64,000 nucleotides of DNA from Trueperaceae bacterium (lineage in GTDB: Bacteria > Deinococcota > Deinococci > Deinococcales > Trueperaceae). The stretch is from assembly GCA_965214405.1 (NCBI GenBank), contig OZ243956.1, positions 4,192,001 to 4,256,000 on the forward strand, in the 5' to 3' direction. A model generated the notes under the pieces. It was not told where the DNA came from. It searched no databases and saw nothing but the letters and a program-made list of their open reading frames with translations. Of the stretch, positions 58,924-64,000 are shown piece by piece (position 1 is the stretch's first letter; each line of letters starts with the position of its first letter). The translations under genes were made by a program, and so were the position numbers.

Positions 58924-59076
58924 CAGGGGGGCCTCCAGAGACGTGAGGATGTCGGCAAAATGCTACGGTGAACCGCGCCCAGCAAATGTGAGGCGCAGAC
59001 ACCGTTGTGAACTACGTGGATAACCCACCGACGTGGGCAACAGAGTGTAGCAATATATCGGGGCGTCATCACCCGA

Positions 59077-59937
59077 CTACTTGAACACGAAACTGATGCC
59101 CCTCGTAAAGTAGCCCCGGAAAAACCAGAACACGATCAGAACAGGCAGCGTCAGCACGGTACTCGCCGCGTAAAGCGGGCCGGGGTGCGAGGCGTAGGTC
59201 GAGTTGAGCGTGGCGACGAGCACGTTCAGGGTCATCATCGACTGACCGCTGACGACGAGCAGGTCCCAGAGCAGTTCGCCCCAGCGCTCCATAAACAAAA
59301 AGAGCGCGACGATGGTCGTGATGGGCACCGAAATGGGCACGACGATGCGAAAGACAATTTGCAGTTCCGACGCGCCGTCGATGCGCGCGGCGTCGATGAC
59401 GTCTTTGCTGATCGACCTGAAAAAAGAGGCGTACATGAAGATGGCCCAGACGCTCACGGCCTTGGGCAGAATCATCGCAAAGTAGGTGTTGTAAAGCCCT
59501 AAGCTCCGCACCACCAGAAAACTCGGCACCAACAAGATGATGGCCGGAAAGAACATCTGAAACAAGATGACGTTGTCGAGGAGCGCGCGCCCGCGAAAGC
59601 GCACCTGGGCCAAGGCGTAGCCCATCATCCCGGCGGACACGACCATCAGCGTTGCGCTGCCTAAGGTCACGATAAAGCTGTTGAGCAGCGCGCGCAGCCA
59701 GGGGTCGTTGGCCCCGCCCTCGAAAAATAGCCAACTGTAGGACCTGAGGGTCAATGAGGTTGGAATCCAGAGCCTGTTGACTTCGTCCCAGGGCGCGAGC
59801 GATTGCAGCACGAGGTAGACAAAAGGAAACACGGCGATGAGCACGCCAATCAGAAGAGCGGCGATGCGTAAAACCGTGCCCAAGCTCGGTAGCCGCTTGG
59901 ACGCGCGCCCGGCGCTAGGCCTCTTGGTCGCCACCAT
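59077..59937 (-). CDS. Carbohydrate ABC transporter permease
   Basis: Multi-TM; DAARIDGAS motif. Confidence 0.9.
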   Translation of the reverse strand: MVATKRPSAGRASKRLPSLGTVLRIAALLIGVLIAVFPFVYLVLQSLAPWDEVNRLWIPTSLTLRSYSWLFFEGGANDPWLRALLNSFIVTLGSATLMVVSAGMMGYALAQVRFRGRALLDNVILFQMFFPAIILLVPSFLVVRSLGLYNTYFAMILPKAVSVWAIFMYASFFRSISKDVIDAARIDGASELQIVFRIVVPISVPITTIVALFLFMERWGELLWDLLVVSGQSMMTLNVLVATLNSTYASHPGPLYAASTVLTLPVLIVFWFFRGYFTRGISFVFK

Positions 59938-60808
59938 AGTGCCCTCCCCACCAGCGCATCACGCGCCTGACTAGCAGCACGGCGATAAACACCTCCGCCG
60001 CGTTAAGAAGCGCAATCGACGAGGCGTAGCCCGCCTTGAGGCTCGTAAAAAGTTGCGAATATATTTCTAGGTACCACGTCTGCGTGGCGAGCCCCGGACC
60101 GCCGCCCGTCAGGATATAGGGCTCGGTAAAGATCGAAAACCCCTGACCCACCGACAGGATGATGATGGTGTAAAACGCCGGGTAGAGCATCGGTAGGGTG
60201 ACGGATACGAGCTTGCGCCCGCCCGTCGCGCCGTCGATGTCGGCGGCCTCGTAAAGTTCTTTGGGGATGCCCTGCAATCCGGCCAAAAAAATGAGCGCGA
60301 AGTAGCCCGAGAACTTCCAGGCGATCATCAGCCCGATAATCAGGACAGCCAAAAAGGGGCTTTGGAGCCAGTTGGGGCTCGAGCCCACCGTCCCCCTCAA
60401 GAAGCTGCTAAAGGCGCTGTCATAGGCCAGCACCCCGCGGACAATGAGCGCGACCGCGACGCCCGAGGCCAGATAGGGCAAAAAGAACGCCACCGCCAGG
60501 AAACCCTGAAAGCGCTTGACGCTGTTGATGAGCAGGGCAATCGTGAGCGAGCTGAGCAGCGTCAGGGGCAAAAACACGGCCATAAACGCGAAGGGCGTGA
60601 CCGCGGCGGCGCGCACGCGCGGGCTTCTGAGAGCCGCCGCGAAGTTTTCCAAGCCGATAAAGGGGTGCGTGGGGGAGATGAGGTCCCAGCGGAGAAACGC
60701 CAAGCCCCCGCCCCAGACCAAAGGAATCAGAAAAAACACCAGCGCGTATAAAAGGTAGGGAGAGGTGAGCAGCCAGCCCCACATGGTTTGGTAGCGGTTG
60801 GTGGTCAC
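59915..60808 (-). CDS. Carbohydrate ABC transporter permease
   Basis: FIGLENF; AGLQGIPKELYEAADIDGA. Confidence 0.9.
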   Translation of the reverse strand: MTTNRYQTMWGWLLTSPYLLYALVFFLIPLVWGGGLAFLRWDLISPTHPFIGLENFAAALRSPRVRAAAVTPFAFMAVFLPLTLLSSLTIALLINSVKRFQGFLAVAFFLPYLASGVAVALIVRGVLAYDSAFSSFLRGTVGSSPNWLQSPFLAVLIIGLMIAWKFSGYFALIFLAGLQGIPKELYEAADIDGATGGRKLVSVTLPMLYPAFYTIIILSVGQGFSIFTEPYILTGGGPGLATQTWYLEIYSQLFTSLKAGYASSIALLNAAEVFIAVLLVRRVMRWWGGHYGGDQEA

Positions 60809-60897
60809 GGGTTAGAGTCCTAAACCCACCGTACGCTTTGAGGCGGTGTTGGTTGACCCGTTAGTTACCCTGTTAATTACTCGCCGTGAAGCTGGGG

Positions 60898-62973
60898 TCA
60901 TGGGTGGGTCTCGAGCAGCGCGTACCCGAACGCGGGCAGGGTCAGCGCGGCGTGACCGTCCGTCACCGTTTCGGTTCGCACCACGCTGCCGTTGCGGTCG
61001 AAAACCGTCACGTCGCCTAACGGGTTCGCCGTCGCCACGCTGATAGACGTCGGCCCCTCCGCAAAACTCTTGAACAGCGTCGCTTCGGCACCGTCGGGCG
61101 CGCGCCGCATGGCGCGAGACTCGACGAGCGGCTGCAAGAGCACCGCGTCGACGCGGGCCTCGCCCCACAAACCGGTCAGCGTGAGCGTTTGGGGACCTGC
61201 GCTCATTTGACCCGGCACCGCGAGGCCGTCCATCCACAGATAAGACGCCCCGCCCGCGCCGCCCTCGAAGTGGGTGAGGGGCGGCGCGTCGCCGAGTTGC
61301 GCGCGCACCGCCACCGCGCCGGGTTGCTTGTCGTAGACCATAAACAAACGATAGGTACCGTCACTGGGCAGTTCTACCGACAGGCTCACGGTGCCGCCGG
61401 GACCGAGGCGGGCGTATTGGCCCCCGCTCCAGAGCGCCTCGCCGGTCCAGGCGGCTTCGGGTGTGGCGCTCTCGGCGTCGCCCGTGAACCCTCCGGCTTC
61501 CGCTTCAACTTTCCTCCACGTCACCGCCTCTAGGGGTTCGGCGTACTCGAGATAATCTACCGCCACAGGGTCTTGCACAACCCTGAGCAGCCCGTATACC
61601 GCGGCAATCGTGGACTCGGCCCCGGCGTTCCGGTTGATGGTGCCGTCCTCGGCGAGCCCGTCGAAGCCGCGCCCCGTCGCCCTGTCAACCATCGGCTCGC
61701 CCGCCCGGTTGTTGCCCTCCCACCACGACGCCTGAAGCCCCGCCAGCACGCTATAGGCTGGTTTATCCGTCGCCTCACTCAGCGCCAGCAAATTCGTGAC
61801 CATCACCTCGTTGCCGTAGTTGATCTGGGTGAGGTCGTTGGGCGCGGGCAAAAGGCCGTTGATCGGGCCGGTGCTGATGAGCTGATGCACCATGAAATGG
61901 TTCGCTTCCCGTTCGGCTGAGGCGATCCAGTCGCGCCGCCCGAAGGTGTCCCCGGCGAGCGCCAACGCGCCCATCATTCTCGAGCCCCAAGCGTGCCAGT
62001 TACTCAGCGAGCCCGCCCAGGGAAGATGCGCTTCGAAGGGCCAGGTGACGGGACTACCAAACTGAAACTGCGCGATGGCGTCCGCGAGGGGCGCGGCCAA
62101 CCGCGCCGCCTGCGGGTCGCCGCTCGCCCGGTAGTAGGTAGTGAGCGCGATGAGCGCGATTGAGGACGCGTCCGCGCCGCCATTAATAAACCAGGCGGGG
62201 ACGGCGTAGCCGTGAAGGTCGGTGTACGTTCCGTAGTCGGGTTGAAGGAGGCGCTCGAGCGCCCCCATCGAAAGCTCCAGACGCGCCGCGAGCGCCTCCG
62301 CCAACTCGGGCTGCTCATCCTTAAAGACCTCGTAGCCCGCCGCCAACGCCCACATCCCGCGCGCGGCCCACCACGAGAACGCGGCGTCGGCGGGGTTCGG
62401 GTCGTCGGGCGGCGTCGGCGACGGGTTGAGCGCGCCGTCCGGCTGCATCCATAAGACGAAGTTGCCCGCCTCCGGCCCCTCCTGCGTTTGCATGTACATC
62501 ACAAAGCGCAGCGCGCCGTAAGCCATATCTCGACTGTGCGGGTCGCCGTAAAGCTCGTAGTGCTCTAGGTACACCAGCGCGGCGCGCGCCACGTCGTCCA
62601 GATTAAACGCGCCCTGTCCCCAGGTGTCGGCCTCGGCGTTATAGTCCCCGCCGCCTATGGCCCGGTAGGTGTCGGTTTCGGCGTCGTAGTCGGCGTAGGT
62701 CCACCAGGCGTCGAGGGGAACGCCGGGCTCGAGCGCGCTGTGACCGGCCACCGCAGCCTCGGGATAGGCGACGGTGGTGTGGAGCCAGTCTAAGTGCTCC
62801 AGACTAACCGGTGATTGAGCCGCTTGAGCGGATTGAGCCGGAGTGAGCGTGACAACGCCTAGTAGCGCCACCCCACACGTCAACGTTATCAGGAACTTCA
62901 TTGTCAGGAACTTCATTGTCAGGAACTTTGTCGCTAAAAACTTCGTCGCCAGGTTCTGCCTCGAGAAAGTCAC
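60898..62973 (-). CDS. Secreted putative glycoside hydrolase ((alpha/alpha) barrel plus CBM-like domain)
   Basis: Signal peptide; DDVARAA and NRNAGAEST motifs; VEAEAG..G.YARL CBM-like C-terminus. Confidence 0.5.
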   Translation of the reverse strand: MTFSRQNLATKFLATKFLTMKFLTMKFLITLTCGVALLGVVTLTPAQSAQAAQSPVSLEHLDWLHTTVAYPEAAVAGHSALEPGVPLDAWWTYADYDAETDTYRAIGGGDYNAEADTWGQGAFNLDDVARAALVYLEHYELYGDPHSRDMAYGALRFVMYMQTQEGPEAGNFVLWMQPDGALNPSPTPPDDPNPADAAFSWWAARGMWALAAGYEVFKDEQPELAEALAARLELSMGALERLLQPDYGTYTDLHGYAVPAWFINGGADASSIALIALTTYYRASGDPQAARLAAPLADAIAQFQFGSPVTWPFEAHLPWAGSLSNWHAWGSRMMGALALAGDTFGRRDWIASAEREANHFMVHQLISTGPINGLLPAPNDLTQINYGNEVMVTNLLALSEATDKPAYSVLAGLQASWWEGNNRAGEPMVDRATGRGFDGLAEDGTINRNAGAESTIAAVYGLLRVVQDPVAVDYLEYAEPLEAVTWRKVEAEAGGFTGDAESATPEAAWTGEALWSGGQYARLGPGGTVSLSVELPSDGTYRLFMVYDKQPGAVAVRAQLGDAPPLTHFEGGAGGASYLWMDGLAVPGQMSAGPQTLTLTGLWGEARVDAVLLQPLVESRAMRRAPDGAEATLFKSFAEGPTSISVATANPLGDVTVFDRNGSVVRTETVTDGHAALTLPAFGYALLETHP
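62889..62948. repeat. 15-bp tandem repeat, 4 copies
   Basis: TCAGGAACTTCATTG x2 plus two diverged copies; encodes ATKFL/TMKFL. Confidence 0.8.
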
Positions 62974-63148
62974 ATGATCCCCCTGTCCGTACCCATAACT
63001 GTTGCCCGTAGCTGTTGCAGGTCAATGTGAGTTATCAAATTGGGGTGCGGGAGCGTGAACGCTGACCCAACGGTGGCAAGTGTCCACGCTCCCCACAATC
63101 CCCCTTGTTACTTTCCAAGCTCGCTACTCCCTACGCTTATTTCTGTCT

Positions 63149-64000
63149 CTACTGAATCATCGCCTCTATCGCCGCCTTGGCGTCCTGCCAGGCCTGCTGA
63201 GGGGTTTTGTCGCCCCTGGCGGCGGGGACGAAGCCCGCCTCTGAAAGCGTGGTTTGCAGGTCCTGGACGTTGCTGTTCGCGGGCGGCGGCACGGCGTAGG
63301 GGATTTCATCGGCGTAAGGCCCCAGTTCAGGATGAGCGCTCAAGTATTCCGCAAAGGTCTCGTTGGTGGTGAGGTCGCCCCGCGTCGGGGGCAAGTTGGT
63401 CACGTTCAGCCACTCTTGGTCGTGCGCGGGGTCGGAAAAAACCCAGGTGACGAAGTCCCAGGCGGCTTGCTGCTCTTCGGGCGTGGCCTGGCTGTAAATC
63501 ACGATGCCCTTGGCGTCGGCGAAGGTGTAGACGGGCGCGTCAGGCGCAGCGTCGTCGGGGACGGGCGGCGTCGCCAGGACGAAGTTTTGGTCCAGCGCGA
63601 AGTCGGGAAAGCGCTCGCTCCAGTCCGAAAAGGTCCACGGCCCCAAGTCCTGCCACACCGAGATGCCCTTAACAAAGGCGTCCTCGACGGTTTGCGTCAA
63701 CACGCAGTCGTTGCTGATTAGGTCCTGGTAAAAGCCGAACACGTTTTCGACCGCCGCGTCGTCCGCGGTGACCTCGCCGCCCTCGACAAAGGGCTGACCG
63801 CCGGACGCGGCGTCATAGAGCATAAAAAAGTCGAACCAGCGCTGCCACCAGGTGGTGGAAAGCAGGTCGGCTCGAGCGATCAAAAACTTGTCCGGGTAGG
63901 TTTCCTTAACCGCTCTACACGCGTCCAGTACCTCGCTATACGTGCGCGGCACCTCGGTAATGCCCACCTCGTTCAAGATGTCATTGCGCCAACCGAACAG
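63149..64000 (-). CDS. Sugar ABC transporter solute-binding protein (5' end beyond window)
   Basis: PRTYSE, GPWTF, TFADAKG, AAWDFVTWV; upstream of the permeases. Confidence 0.85.
   Translation of the reverse strand: MFGWRNDILNEVGITEVPRTYSEVLDACRAVKETYPDKFLIARADLLSTTWWQRWFDFFMLYDAASGGQPFVEGGEVTADDAAVENVFGFYQDLISNDCVLTQTVEDAFVKGISVWQDLGPWTFSDWSERFPDFALDQNFVLATPPVPDDAAPDAPVYTFADAKGIVIYSQATPEEQQAAWDFVTWVFSDPAHDQEWLNVTNLPPTRGDLTTNETFAEYLSAHPELGPYADEIPYAVPPPANSNVQDLQTTLSEAGFVPAARGDKTPQQAWQDAKAAIEAMIQ

Overview
Bacterial DNA, probably Deinococcota (inferred from many leaderless TANNNT-N5-7-ATG starts and abundant CTCGAG). Left (1-22264): the right arm of a tyrosine-integrase genomic island ending in a 3' fragment of tRNA-Trp. 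It carries sugar-catabolism genes, an IS982, a prenyltransferase/phosphatase/glycosyltransferase cluster, an S8 protease, a 2129-aa TPR/PIN-like protein and a HigBA-type pair. Middle (28.2-52.3 kb): a type I-D CRISPR-Cas locus (cas3' with a premature stop, cas10d, cas7, cas5, cas6, cas4, cas1, cas2) flanked by two outward-pointing arrays. Upstream of it lie a SARP/NB-ARC/TPR regulator, an unannotated secreted 45-aa peptide, a Cas4-like nuclease and a WYL regulator. The most striking feature is that both arrays hold gene-sized inserts (683, 547, 1191 and 503 bp) between repeats at their trailer ends. These carry complete, self-promoted toxin-antitoxin operons and truncated pieces of MGE-like genes. 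Right (52.7-64 kb): a DUF1998 helicase, small enzymes and a GH130/ABC sugar-uptake cluster. All family calls come from motifs read by eye; no database search was run.
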